Below, one piece after another: positions 36,023 to 47,148 of a stretch of 64,000 nt of DNA. The DNA comes from a virus, in the IMG/VR virus record IMGVR_UViG_3300021181_000006, positions 1 through 64,000 of that record, one strand, 5' to 3'. Each line of letters starts with the position of its first letter. Position 1 is the first letter of the stretch. The notes under the pieces are model-generated. The model was not told where the DNA came from and ran no database searches. It worked only from the letters and a program-made list of their open reading frames with translations. A program made the position numbers and the translations under genes.

Positions 36023-39000
36023 TGAGTAACCCTATTACGTAGAATTCAGATGTTAATGTGATATTTGGATTTGTAAAGGGCTGTACGAAGTTGAGCGTAA
36101 AATTATCTACAACATTGCTAACAGTGTATACGCCAACGTTTTCTCCATCAAGAATTACCACTTGATTACCAACTTGAATACTCGCTGATAACTGATCATT
36201 GCTTTGCCAGTTCACTCCATTGATCTGTCCTGTTGAGACATAGCGTTGGAACTGAGCCGTTACAGGTGAACTAAAGACAGTAAAAGCCATGTCCATAGTT
36301 AATGAGTTACCTGAAATAGCAGTAACCGTCAGATATTGTGTACTGGTAGGCTGCCCTGCTAAGAACACCACATCATTAACCTGTACACCAGGATCTGCTC
36401 CTGAGTAGGTCAGATGAATACCATCAGCCCCAGTCACTGCGAGGCTGTACGGTAAGAAGTTCAGATGCGTAGAGACGAAAGCCTTCTCAGTAGAAGCGAT
36501 GGTATCGCTATCTGATAGAGCGCTATTTATGTCAATGAACCAGTGACTAGAGCTTGGAATAATATTATCAAGGAACGTCGTAATATTCGACAGATCTGGA
36601 TTCGCAATAAACGAATTCGCATCTAACTCAATGATGGTCGTGTGTGGTTTTATTTGGTTGTAGAGGCTAGTGGCATTATTAGTAATATCTAACGTATTGT
36701 TTAATGTGCTCACATTCTCGATAGCCGCATAAAACACTTCACGAAGCGTATTAGATGAAAACGCCCATACTAACGAAATCTGTTGCCCAGTCGTCAATGA
36801 CTGTGCGAGTTGAAATTGGTTCTCTTCATTCCAAGAACGAATACACTGTCTAATCGTATTACCAACTATTTCTTTATAGAGAATCAATTCAGTAAAATGA
36901 CCTTTAATGACACGTAATACTCCCTGAGGAGGTAATTGTGACGCATCATTCACGATAAGAATATTAGCTGATGCCGTTGCATCAGATGTTAAAGTCACGG
37001 TCACTGGAGCAGCTACGGATACACGTTGTGTATTTGGAATCTCTATACTCTTCACCGTATGAGAAACGCTATATCTAATCGGATTAGGATCTACAACAAC
37101 GTTTTGCTTCAGTATCAATGTATGAGTAGATACGATACGCACTGTATATGGAAGTGTAGCAGCATTTAATCCACTCATGATAAAGAGCTGATCACCAACA
37201 CTGACGGTACCGATGAAGTTCGTCGCAGAGTCTGTGAATGAGAAGCCATTGGCAGATACTGCACCGGTATTGCTATTCACCACAATGATCTGCTGGTCTT
37301 GAACTTCTGTATTAGCTACAGCAAAAGCTGCATTATTAGAAAACAACCAATTAGGACGATCATGATCGTCATAGACAGCTACTTGAGCGCTGAGAGGTTG
37401 ATATTGTGTAACGACATCACCTTGCTTCACTGCAGGAGGTAATGCTGGAGGCAGACTATAGGTATTGCCATCTTGAGTAAGAATTTCGGTATTAAAGATC
37501 TGATTGATAGCTGTGACAGTTCCGAACTTCGTCACAAGAGGTAATGCATCTGTACGAAGGATAGATATCTGCGCAGGATTCCAAATAACGAAACTGAGCC
37601 CGTTTAAGCCACTCACAGCTATATTTAATGTGAGTGTTGCACCGGATATGGATGCGACTGTAAACAGGCCTTTGGTCGAAATAAAGATCTGGGAACCAAC
37701 TTCGATATTACTAGCGAACTTGGGCCATGATATAGTGCGTGTGATGATGTTGCTTAAGACGGTGGCGTCAAACACGGCTGACTGGATTAAACCAATAGAA
37801 CCGGTGAGTGGCGTAGAGATGGTCAGCAACCCATCAGAAATATTGGAGATGGAATACCCTCCTTCGGCATTAAAGCCTACTATGGACAGTAAATCTCCAA
37901 TTTGTGCCTGTGTAGGCAGGATAGCATCTGAGATAGAAGTCTGGCCAAAGACACCAACGGTGTTTTGCCCAGCTACCGTAGAAAATCTTGGTTTAAATAA
38001 CGCTGATTGGCCTGGAAATACAATATCACCGACTTGTAGTTGTGTGGAGAGGCCATCATCAAGAGTGATAGTCTCACTACTCGTTATCAAGTTTGTTTGA
38101 GATAATACCTGTGTTACAGCACTTACTGTACTATTGGTATTAAAGAACGGAATACCCAGGAACATAGATACCGTTTCTTCGATATCTAATATATTAGGTC
38201 CGCTCCAATAACCTCTCCATAGGGCCTGTAACGCAGCCTTATACTGAGGAGTGGATCCGACTTGTGGGAAGTTCACCACAACACCGAAATTCTTAGCTAA
38301 GGTATTTTCATCAATTTCAACTACTGGACACCAGACTTTATCTGGTAATGGATGATCAGATAAGATCGCTCCATCAACGATGTCGTAGTCAGTTTCATTA
38401 AAGTACGTGAAAGTTGATCCATCAATGCGGTCTTGTAACTGCGGTATGGATGCGAGAGCAACATCCTGGCTAGCAAGAGTATATGCTTCTAATGCAGTCA
38501 GCGTCTGCCCAAGAGCATTAACAGAATACTGATTTATCAGTTTAATGTCTTCATTATAGAAGAGCAGCATATTCGTTTGCTGCAGTTGCTGCGTGGTCAA
38601 ACCAGAAAGGTCTGTTAATCCATATACATATTGTCGAGAGATTCTCTCGTACTCAATACGAATAGTTCCACCAGCAATGTTAAAGTTAAACAGTAACTGG
38701 GTGCCATCACTGGATAAAGCAAAGTTATAGTTAATGAGCTGGAGCACGCCATTAAAGAATACGCGTAAATCATCAGCTTCTGCGATCAAGAAGCCAGCAG
38801 TTACGACGTTCTGCTGATCCGTAGTATCGAATGTGCCACCATCATCGAAACGTCCACCATCATCAAAGAACGATATATTAGCAGGAACCGTAACGTTAGA
38901 CTGCTGATTCGTCAGATGGAAATGCTGTGGATAGTTACTAATGAACTGGATATTAGTCCATTCCACAATCACAGGTACAAACGTATCACTCGTCCATGAA

Positions 39001-40040
39001 TATGGGTTTACAAACTGAATCGAGGATGTAACAACATTATAAGTATACATGTTGTCTGGAATGAGTTTGCCACCAATCCAAATCCTGAGTTCTGACTCAG
39101 GACCATTGATACGCACAGTAGGAGGACATGTAATGCCATCCGTAATAGGAAGCGTGCTAAATTGTCCCGCAGTCCCGGTACCAGAGAAAGCTGCATTATT
39201 AAAGAGGTACTGTTGTCTCTGATGAACATGACGCTCCGTAAAGGTAAAGCTATCAGCGTGTGTAAACCATACGAATTCAACGAGTCCTGTCTCAGGAAGG
39301 TTAGCAATAATCGTATTACCAGATGACTGGCTATACTCTGATTGGTCTAAATAGAGTCCATTAACGAACATCATAATGTTGCCAGTCTCATAGACTGCTG
39401 GCAAGATGAAGGTACGTTGATTAGTAGCTTGGAAACTAGTTCTGAAGAAGTTAGCCTGTGGACTTAATCCTGTTAAGTCCACGCCGATGTATCCCTGTAC
39501 CACGGTGGTATTGGGAATCGATGGGTCTAAGATCAGCTGGTTACCATGAATGGTGTACTGAGAGCCATACATCAGCTCTGTGCCGTTTTGCAGAATCCCG
39601 TCAAAAAGTCGGTAGAGTTCTACGAGATTGGCTTCTAAAGCAAAAGGCAGAGTAATCGTACTACGGAATGTACGAGGTATGATCTTAAAATGTTTATGAA
39701 TTATATTGTTTTCAGTAGCAAAAGCCTGGTTAATACTACTAGTGAAAGTCGTAGTCGTCAGGTTATTCGTATTACGAATATTAGCGCCAGCAGATGCGAT
39801 ATTTGCTAGATTGGAAGCGCTCAGATCCAGTAACAACCAGCGATATTTAATAAATACCGGACACGTTGCAAGAGCTTTAGACTGATCCCGTTGATAGAGG
39901 AGAGCATAATCAGCATCCAGAACTCGCATATATGCGGTCCAGAGTCCTTCTATGAACTCACGTTGCTCTTGAGGCAGTCTATCCCAGAAATTGGGAAGAT
40001 AGCGCCAGATAAGATCTGTATTAGGACTCTGTGCTTCCAT
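36009..40040 (-). CDS. Large baseplate wedge-like protein
   Basis: 1343 aa; IWRYLPNFW N-terminus; follows the J-like gene. Confidence 0.6.
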   Translation of the reverse strand: MEAQSPNTDLIWRYLPNFWDRLPQEQREFIEGLWTAYMRVLDADYALLYQRDQSKALATCPVFIKYRWLLLDLSASNLANIASAGANIRNTNNLTTTTFTSSINQAFATENNIIHKHFKIIPRTFRSTITLPFALEANLVELYRLFDGILQNGTELMYGSQYTIHGNQLILDPSIPNTTVVQGYIGVDLTGLSPQANFFRTSFQATNQRTFILPAVYETGNIMMFVNGLYLDQSEYSQSSGNTIIANLPETGLVEFVWFTHADSFTFTERHVHQRQQYLFNNAAFSGTGTAGQFSTLPITDGITCPPTVRINGPESELRIWIGGKLIPDNMYTYNVVTSSIQFVNPYSWTSDTFVPVIVEWTNIQFISNYPQHFHLTNQQSNVTVPANISFFDDGGRFDDGGTFDTTDQQNVVTAGFLIAEADDLRVFFNGVLQLINYNFALSSDGTQLLFNFNIAGGTIRIEYERISRQYVYGLTDLSGLTTQQLQQTNMLLFYNEDIKLINQYSVNALGQTLTALEAYTLASQDVALASIPQLQDRIDGSTFTYFNETDYDIVDGAILSDHPLPDKVWCPVVEIDENTLAKNFGVVVNFPQVGSTPQYKAALQALWRGYWSGPNILDIEETVSMFLGIPFFNTNSTVSAVTQVLSQTNLITSSETITLDDGLSTQLQVGDIVFPGQSALFKPRFSTVAGQNTVGVFGQTSISDAILPTQAQIGDLLSIVGFNAEGGYSISNISDGLLTISTPLTGSIGLIQSAVFDATVLSNIITRTISWPKFASNIEVGSQIFISTKGLFTVASISGATLTLNIAVSGLNGLSFVIWNPAQISILRTDALPLVTKFGTVTAINQIFNTEILTQDGNTYSLPPALPPAVKQGDVVTQYQPLSAQVAVYDDHDRPNWLFSNNAAFAVANTEVQDQQIIVVNSNTGAVSANGFSFTDSATNFIGTVSVGDQLFIMSGLNAATLPYTVRIVSTHTLILKQNVVVDPNPIRYSVSHTVKSIEIPNTQRVSVAAPVTVTLTSDATASANILIVNDASQLPPQGVLRVIKGHFTELILYKEIVGNTIRQCIRSWNEENQFQLAQSLTTGQQISLVWAFSSNTLREVFYAAIENVSTLNNTLDITNNATSLYNQIKPHTTIIELDANSFIANPDLSNITTFLDNIIPSSSHWFIDINSALSDSDTIASTEKAFVSTHLNFLPYSLAVTGADGIHLTYSGADPGVQVNDVVFLAGQPTSTQYLTVTAISGNSLTMDMAFTVFSSPVTAQFQRYVSTGQINGVNWQSNDQLSASIQVGNQVVILDGENVGVYTVSNVVDNFTLNFVQPFTNPNITLTSEFYVIGLLNEII

Positions 40041-40043
40041 GAA

Positions 40044-43000
40044 TTACGAACTCGAAATATTCACAGTGATCACAGATGGGATATACGTACTGGTCTCCGA
40101 ACTCGTAACACTCGTAGGAGATGTTGTTGTAGTCATGGTACCATCAGACTGTAGGTATACTGCCGTCAGAAGCAAGCTAGATGTATCTACGTAGGTAACG
40201 CCATTCGCATACAGTAACTGAATAATATCAGACGCCTGAATCGGATTCACTGACTCTTGAGTCGTTATATAACTATTAATAACATCTTGGGCAGTAGTCA
40301 GCGTAATGGTACCAGTCACATTGACAGTGACTGATACAAAGGTCGATTCAAATCTCTTAATAAGCAAGTTATTACACGTCACTTTATTACCACGAGTATT
40401 ACAGAACGAATTCACAGTAGCAACATTCGGATCACTAAAGTAAGAAATCTGTAACGCTGATCCAATCAATGCTGAGTTCGTGAATACGAGATTCACTTGT
40501 TCTTGAGCGCTATAGCGTGTACCAATATTGACCACTTCGAGAGTATAATCTGATCCCTGCACCAATGGCGATGATGATACATCACCCGTGGTTGGATCAA
40601 TGGTAAAGATATTCTGGATACCTAAGATCGGTAAATTAAAGAACGTATTACCGTAGTAATCATAGTTTTCATTAATCGTATAGGTGATATTAGACTTAAT
40701 AGGAACTTGCTTACTGATATACCATTGTTCACTATTCGCAGGGCTTGTAGAATTAATAAATCCACTGCTGTTAAAATTGGCGTCATATGCAGTCGTACCT
40801 GTGTTAATAGCAATCTGCGTTGCCGATAACTGACTCTGTATGATATATGGGGCGACGCGAGCATGTGTTCCAGAGATAATAAACAGGTTATATCCCACGG
40901 GATCAATACCAGTAAAGGCATCGTCGAAATTAATATCCAGGGATTCAAATACATTCGTAGCATTAGCAGCTCCACCAGCCAGTCCTTCAGCAGGACGGTT
41001 ATTGAGCACGGGAACAGAATCTACTTCCCATGGTTGCTGTAAGCTCGTGATAATAAATGGATTCACATTATCACGGACAATAGTGTAGGTTTCTGATCCA
41101 GGAATTACTGAATCCACTAATGGCTGACTCAAAGTCAGCGCCGACGAGGTTGTGCTGGCAATATAATAATAACTGAGCGTTCCGCCGCTATTAATAATCA
41201 GCGTATCACCAGCCAATACACTAGCATATGGTGTGCCAGGCTCAGTAATAACTGTAGATCCAGCAACATGGGCAGCGTTAAACGTTGTGTTAGCAGGTAA
41301 GATTGACTCACCACTGGTTACTAATGTTCCATTAATTTGTACTTCATTCGCTGAAGTAAACTGAATCACTTCATATACACCTTGATTCGGTCCATTAATG
41401 ATATTAACGAAGTATGGAAAATTCGTTGTTGGAAATCCTGAGGCGATAGCGGAGAAATCATTTCCGTTAAACGTTGGGCAATACAACGTTGATCCCCACG
41501 CTGATCCAGCAAAGTCGAGAGCACCACCGATGGAGTTCACCACAGACCACTGATCTCCAACGGCGACAGCACCAAGTAACCCAGTGCTCAATGTGAGAGC
41601 CCCTGTAGCCATCGTGGTGGCATTATCTATCGTATAGGTACCAGCGGCTGTTCCGGTATGGATAATCAGTATGAAGCCAGGCCAGGCACCTCTGCCGAGA
41701 TCGGAATCCGTAAGGACCGTCGCGCTTGCCGCCTGTGTGGTCTGGAAGGAGCCGGTATTAATAAAGCGGTTGAGTTTGATATTCGATGTACTGAATACAT
41801 TGGCAGGATAGCGGCCAATCGTGAGATTGGTAGAAATTCCTGATCCAGTGTATTGTTTATCGAACTGTGCTCTGAGATTCGTGCCATTGTCGTATACATC
41901 CACCAGCGTATAAGTAACGCTACTATCAGTAAAGACATCACCGCGCTTAATATTAGCGCCAGTAGCGAATGTAGCAAAACGAGCATTAGTTACGATAGTT
42001 GCTGATAATGCAACCGTTACCGATGTACTTTTCGTAGGAACTACAAAGATCTCAAAGAGATCTCCCACATTCACATTTTGTGTAGGCACTAATGGCGAGA
42101 TCCAAACAGTATGCGCACCAGTAATGCTATGATTCGTTGTAGTCGTAGTCGTACTAGCAATCTGGAATGCTGTCGCAGCAGGATTTCCGCCTAATGAAGA
42201 CTGAATGACAATATACTGACCGATTAACGACGGATCCACGGCAGAAATAACATTCGTTCCACCAAAGGTGATCGATTGAGTAATAGGAGTTTGAGCCACC
42301 CAGATCTCGTCGTCACTAACGACGTTAAGGACGGTATATTGACCCCAGGCACTCCCTGTTGTAATAAAAAGTATGTCGCCTGTTTGAGTCTGTGTTGGAC
42401 CAGCAGTGCCACCAATACCGGGATAGTTGAAATCAGCTGAGGTTCCATTAAATGAGATAGCGGCATTAAATACTCCTGATTGACGGGAGATATTTGATGG
42501 CGTCAATTCAATGAGATTCGGCGTCACGTAATCTATTGAGTGATAACCGAAGAGATTGCTCACGAAGTAATCACCAACTGCAATACCATCATCAACAATG
42601 AAGTTTCCAGAACTAAAATCAGTAAAGAAGTTACTGTTCGGGAAGTAGATACCATCTAATGAATTTAATTTCTCACCAGATGAGATACGCAGCGTATTAT
42701 CAGCGGATGACTGCTTAATGGTATAGGTCGTGGTGACTACCTCGCCAAATTCAGTCTCGGTAGTATTTAAGAGGTTACCGCTAATAATCTGGGCTACACC
42801 ATTGATGTAGAATGCCTGATTTGGATCATAAAAAATATTACCCTGGATAACACCAGTATCGCCAGAGAAGATCGTCGTTGATGTTGCGCTAGGAATAGCC
42901 TGTACCACCAGATTTTCTGGTAACGCATTAATATTCAGCTGATACGATGTAATACCAGTCGTATCGATATAGACGTCTACATAGCCGCCGATGTGGATTT

Positions 43001-43766
43001 GGTAGCTTGGGCTAGAGTTAATGGTTAACAAATCACGGACCATAGCAGGATCACCTGCACCAGCCACGTAAATATCACGAATAAAACCAAATTGATTAAA
43101 TAATACAGTCTGAATCGACGTATCATTCACCAGATTACGTACTGCTATTGCTCGTCTTACTTTGTCGTAGAGGACAGCATTGCTCTCAGTTTGCACAGCA
43201 GGACTAAAAGCAGCGAGATTGGTGACTGATGCGATCTGTGATGGCTGATTTTGTACTAAAGTAATATCTCCAGCCTGTACTGAATACTGTGGTCCTGGTA
43301 GAGCTGCCTGAGCCAATACATCTAGGTAGTATGTCCCATCAGTGTTTCGATTAGCTAACAGCTGACTGACTGAAGTAGTCACTGGTGCCATCGAGAAGAA
43401 CTGCAACCCCATAGTGTCCATAAACACGAGGGTGTTAAGGAAATAATCCCCAGGAGTAGTGAAGTACACGCGCACTGTACCAGTAGCGTTGGTTCCCAAG
43501 GCGCGTTGTACTAAGAAATTGCCTACAAGAGCGTTAATGTCATCTGATGACATGTTATCAAAATTTAATATGCTCTGCGATATCTTTAATTGATTGATTT
43601 CATGTCGATATGGCTGCTGTAAAGCAGCCATGACATTACCGAATAAATCATTAAAAGCAGTTCCTTGACGAAAATCAATATTAGCAAAGTTGTCTGCGAC
43701 AAATTGCTCGATAAATGCACGTACTGGCAGATTAACGGCAGGAGTAACTGAAATAGGTGTGGCCAT
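40044..43766 (-). CDS. Baseplate J-like wedge protein with large internal insertion
   Basis: ATGTVRVYF...G.QFFS...VLAQAALPG..Y.V.AG.I...VTNLAAF...ESNAVL; real ATG at 43766. Confidence 0.8.
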   Translation of the reverse strand: MATPISVTPAVNLPVRAFIEQFVADNFANIDFRQGTAFNDLFGNVMAALQQPYRHEINQLKISQSILNFDNMSSDDINALVGNFLVQRALGTNATGTVRVYFTTPGDYFLNTLVFMDTMGLQFFSMAPVTTSVSQLLANRNTDGTYYLDVLAQAALPGPQYSVQAGDITLVQNQPSQIASVTNLAAFSPAVQTESNAVLYDKVRRAIAVRNLVNDTSIQTVLFNQFGFIRDIYVAGAGDPAMVRDLLTINSSPSYQIHIGGYVDVYIDTTGITSYQLNINALPENLVVQAIPSATSTTIFSGDTGVIQGNIFYDPNQAFYINGVAQIISGNLLNTTETEFGEVVTTTYTIKQSSADNTLRISSGEKLNSLDGIYFPNSNFFTDFSSGNFIVDDGIAVGDYFVSNLFGYHSIDYVTPNLIELTPSNISRQSGVFNAAISFNGTSADFNYPGIGGTAGPTQTQTGDILFITTGSAWGQYTVLNVVSDDEIWVAQTPITQSITFGGTNVISAVDPSLIGQYIVIQSSLGGNPAATAFQIASTTTTTTNHSITGAHTVWISPLVPTQNVNVGDLFEIFVVPTKSTSVTVALSATIVTNARFATFATGANIKRGDVFTDSSVTYTLVDVYDNGTNLRAQFDKQYTGSGISTNLTIGRYPANVFSTSNIKLNRFINTGSFQTTQAASATVLTDSDLGRGAWPGFILIIHTGTAAGTYTIDNATTMATGALTLSTGLLGAVAVGDQWSVVNSIGGALDFAGSAWGSTLYCPTFNGNDFSAIASGFPTTNFPYFVNIINGPNQGVYEVIQFTSANEVQINGTLVTSGESILPANTTFNAAHVAGSTVITEPGTPYASVLAGDTLIINSGGTLSYYYIASTTSSALTLSQPLVDSVIPGSETYTIVRDNVNPFIITSLQQPWEVDSVPVLNNRPAEGLAGGAANATNVFESLDINFDDAFTGIDPVGYNLFIISGTHARVAPYIIQSQLSATQIAINTGTTAYDANFNSSGFINSTSPANSEQWYISKQVPIKSNITYTINENYDYYGNTFFNLPILGIQNIFTIDPTTGDVSSSPLVQGSDYTLEVVNIGTRYSAQEQVNLVFTNSALIGSALQISYFSDPNVATVNSFCNTRGNKVTCNNLLIKRFESTFVSVTVNVTGTITLTTAQDVINSYITTQESVNPIQASDIIQLLYANGVTYVDTSSLLLTAVYLQSDGTMTTTTSPTSVTSSETSTYIPSVITVNISSS

Positions 43767-43800
43767 AATTATTCTTTGTCTCAAGTATAACGATTACAGA

Positions 43801-44232
43801 TCATACCGCAACCTGCGCTGTGTTGACCAGGCCAGCCTGTGACGTGATGGAGATCGATACTAACCATGCTGTTTGACTCACAGAGAACGTACATGAGATT
43901 AATGTTAATGCCTTCAGTAATTCTGTCGGATCTGAATTTTCGCCAGATTGCGATGCTAAAATAAGAGCCTCACATTTACCTACCGCTACCGCTACATCAT
44001 TCTGTACGGCTTGATTTCCATTAGGATCAGCTGCACCAACATCTGGCAACGCATTCACTAATCCAGAACCCCATGTTGGATTAAAGATATCACTACCAGG
44101 AGTAGTCAGCAAACATTTTAGAACATACTGTAGAAGTTTTCCGCTACCATCAATGGCAGGAGCTGGATTAGGAATACCAAGCTTTACGAATAAACCTTTC
44201 TGAGTAAAAACCTGCAGATCAACTGTACTCAT
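43801..44232 (-). CDS. Baseplate gp25/W-like subunit
   Basis: LKCLLTTPGSDIFNPTWGSGL motif; size and position. Confidence 0.7.
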   Translation of the reverse strand: MSTVDLQVFTQKGLFVKLGIPNPAPAIDGSGKLLQYVLKCLLTTPGSDIFNPTWGSGLVNALPDVGAADPNGNQAVQNDVAVAVGKCEALILASQSGENSDPTELLKALTLISCTFSVSQTAWLVSISITSQAGLVNTAQVAV

Positions 44233-46436
44233 ATTAATCCTTCAGCCTGGCTTACAGTTGTAATGATACTATTGGAACTAGCAAGACCATTGTTATATGA
44301 AGGATTCGTTGAGCAGTAAATAGACGCATAGGTCAATGGACTACCATTACTAGTAGCCTTTTGCGTATTATCGGTAGGCAATGTCAATTGAGTTAATCCA
44401 GCAGTATATGTACCGATACTCTGAAGAGTACCTAAAAGCTGCTGAATAATATTGAGATTATTATTACCTTTAAACTTATTTGAAAGTTTAGCCTCTGAAG
44501 CCATGTGAGTATAGTCTACATTGACGGTATCATCCGCTTGTTTTGATGTATTCAAGTTCGTCATGAGCGTATTAACATAATTTACCACACCTGGATTATC
44601 GGTATTATTCAGTACGCAACTCAGCGACTGTAATAATGACTCATTAATCGATGACGCACCACCTGCAGTAAATAAAGAATCAAAGTCTAGGCTCGTAAAA
44701 GCTAAAACAGTGGCAGGATTCATACCTTGCATCAGTTGGCTTACGATTGCTGGACTAATGCCTAATGAAGACATAATTTCAAGTATTTGGCTATTACCTG
44801 TATTTAAAGCATTACCAGTACAGGTCAACCATTGTTCTTGAGCTACAATCGATGTCAGTAACTGCCTGCCAATAGTCGCTACCTGTTGAGGAGAAACCGA
44901 TCCACCAGCCATACTGGCGTTCAATGCATCAGCATATTTACCAAGATTACAGAGCACGTCAGTACCTTTAAACGCTGTACATGGTGCTGTGCTAAAACGG
45001 CTAATAACCGATTGTATCTGCTTAAAGAACTGATTTGGATTAAGGCTATTTTGTAAGTTTAATAGACTTTGTACCTGTTTAAAGGATTGACAAATAGTCT
45101 GAGCGATCATCACTAATGATGTCACTTGTACTAAGGCCTGTACCTGCGCTGAAACTGCATTGGCCATAGCAATAGGAGCACCAGCAGCGACATTACCAAG
45201 ATTTTGAGCAGCTTGACCCAATCCAGTAATTTGGCTATTGAGCTGCTCGATCTGTAACTGTAATGACGCTACCTGAGCTGCAGATCCTGATGGAGTGACT
45301 ATTCCACCTGACAAACTGGCTGTTTGTGCCTGTAGAGCTGCAGTGAGTGCATCTCGCTGTGTACTTAATGTCGCAATATTACCAGTAGGATCCTGCATCG
45401 CAGTCTTAAGTAACGACTGAATCGTCTGAATCTGAGTAATAAGGAAACCAATGATCTGAGCCATAAAGGCTTCAAGACCAAAATCTATCTGAAAACTTGG
45501 TATCAACGTGCTGATATTCGTGGTGAGATTATACAAGGTACTATTAGTCTGACCGATAGGAGCAGCTAAGACTAAAATAGCTTCTTTCTGTAAAAATACT
45601 TGATAATTAGGAAGCCATTGCGTGGCAGCTAAGGCCTGCGCTTGAGCGGCCACAACGTTAAAGTTCGACTTCGCAGCCTGTTCAAAAAAAGATACTGTGT
45701 TCTTTCCATTTACGAGTATCTTACTGACATTAAGCAGATGCCCAGCACCTGATGAACAATGACCAGCATCAAAGCTACTCTCGTTAGTGAGTTTACTTTG
45801 CACGGTATCCAGATCATTCGTAGCTAGACAGAGTTCATTCAGCGCTTCAGTAAATGGATTCACTGGAGTTGGCTGGGTTGGTACAGAACCTTTTAATACC
45901 ATACTATTGGTGCTCTGTACTAAACGTTTTAACGTCTGGAGAGAACCTTGTTGCATGATAACCGCTGTTTCTCCATACTGCATGGCGTACATCATCATGC
46001 CAACAATGCTAGCGGGATTAAAGAGACGTAATGAGTTAAAAAGATTCTGCACAGCAGCGAAAATACTACCGCTTGGAGAAGCTCCAGTCTCTATTAATTG
46101 ACTAAATGATCCTTCTAGTGTCTGTAACAAAGGTCCAAGATTCAGTGGATTATCCTGTACCTGACCCAGCATATTCTGGAGATTATTCGTCATGAAACTA
46201 TTGACGACGTTAGTTAACTCATCGTCATCTATTGATGCTGATGAGTTCACAACATCTTGTAGACTATTGAGAATATCTAAAAATGGTGACGCAGCCATCG
46301 TGGATACGACAGCATCATTCATCGAACTCTGAGCTTGATTATAGGTGCTCAGTAACCCTAAATTTGCAGCTAAGTCACTCAGACACGTCTGGAGATCAGG
46401 ACCTGAAGTAACTGGTGGAGCAGCAAGGGTGACCAC
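44229..46436 (-). CDS. Helical hypothetical baseplate-module protein
   Basis: 735 aa, Q/L/S/N-rich. Confidence 0.6.
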   Translation of the reverse strand: MVTLAAPPVTSGPDLQTCLSDLAANLGLLSTYNQAQSSMNDAVVSTMAASPFLDILNSLQDVVNSSASIDDDELTNVVNSFMTNNLQNMLGQVQDNPLNLGPLLQTLEGSFSQLIETGASPSGSIFAAVQNLFNSLRLFNPASIVGMMMYAMQYGETAVIMQQGSLQTLKRLVQSTNSMVLKGSVPTQPTPVNPFTEALNELCLATNDLDTVQSKLTNESSFDAGHCSSGAGHLLNVSKILVNGKNTVSFFEQAAKSNFNVVAAQAQALAATQWLPNYQVFLQKEAILVLAAPIGQTNSTLYNLTTNISTLIPSFQIDFGLEAFMAQIIGFLITQIQTIQSLLKTAMQDPTGNIATLSTQRDALTAALQAQTASLSGGIVTPSGSAAQVASLQLQIEQLNSQITGLGQAAQNLGNVAAGAPIAMANAVSAQVQALVQVTSLVMIAQTICQSFKQVQSLLNLQNSLNPNQFFKQIQSVISRFSTAPCTAFKGTDVLCNLGKYADALNASMAGGSVSPQQVATIGRQLLTSIVAQEQWLTCTGNALNTGNSQILEIMSSLGISPAIVSQLMQGMNPATVLAFTSLDFDSLFTAGGASSINESLLQSLSCVLNNTDNPGVVNYVNTLMTNLNTSKQADDTVNVDYTHMASEAKLSNKFKGNNNLNIIQQLLGTLQSIGTYTAGLTQLTLPTDNTQKATSNGSPLTYASIYCSTNPSYNNGLASSNSIITTVSQAEGLI

Positions 46437-46437
46437 G

Positions 46438-47148
46438 TTAGGTATTCTCTAAATATACCTGTAACTTAGTAGAAACAGAGTTTCTGAGCTTAGATACCTT
46501 AGAAGGTGACATTTTCATAATCTTAGCAATCTGCCCAGGATTTGATTTCACTTTACCATGCTGTCCCAAGGTGTAATCGTAAATCAGTTGTTCTTCTGGA
46601 GTTAAAGAATAATATCCCATCGCTAATATTTCTAAGCGAGGATTATGCTGGTCAAAATGCTCATCGCCCTGCCAGGCAGTAGATGCAATGTCCTGTCTCA
46701 GTGAATTATCCACTTGAGCCACGTGTTTCTGACTCCACTTCAGATGGTCAGCTAACTCAATATGGGTAGGAGGTCTTCCGAACTTCTCTTGTAACTCACT
46801 TTGAGCAGATTTATACGCATTAATCTTCAGGGCCACGTGCTCTGGGATACGCGCAAAGTTCTGATGCTGCGTTGTATACCGATACATCTTCTGTAGCCAG
46901 TTTGTAACGTGAGTAGAGAGCTTTACGCCACGGTTTGGATCATACGTCTCGAAAGCTTTATACGCCCACTTTTTAGCTTCTCCTTCGAGAGCTGAACGAG
47001 GTACTGGAGCAGCCGAGAAGATATTGACCTTCTTCTGGATGAGATTTTCCATTTGCTTAAATAATGCCGATAAGTCCTGTGAGGAGCGTGACTTATTCCA
47101 ACGCTTCCAGACTTCTGTATCGGGATCAATTGCGATATTAGCGTCCAT
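46438..47148 (-). CDS. Sigma70-family (group 3-like) RNA polymerase sigma factor
   Basis: KAFETYDPNRGVKLSTHVTNWL (region 2), FGRPPTHIELADHL (region 3), LTPEEQ...QIAKIMKMSPSKVSKL (region 4). Confidence 0.9.
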   Translation of the reverse strand: MDANIAIDPDTEVWKRWNKSRSSQDLSALFKQMENLIQKKVNIFSAAPVPRSALEGEAKKWAYKAFETYDPNRGVKLSTHVTNWLQKMYRYTTQHQNFARIPEHVALKINAYKSAQSELQEKFGRPPTHIELADHLKWSQKHVAQVDNSLRQDIASTAWQGDEHFDQHNPRLEILAMGYYSLTPEEQLIYDYTLGQHGKVKSNPGQIAKIMKMSPSKVSKLRNSVSTKLQVYLENT

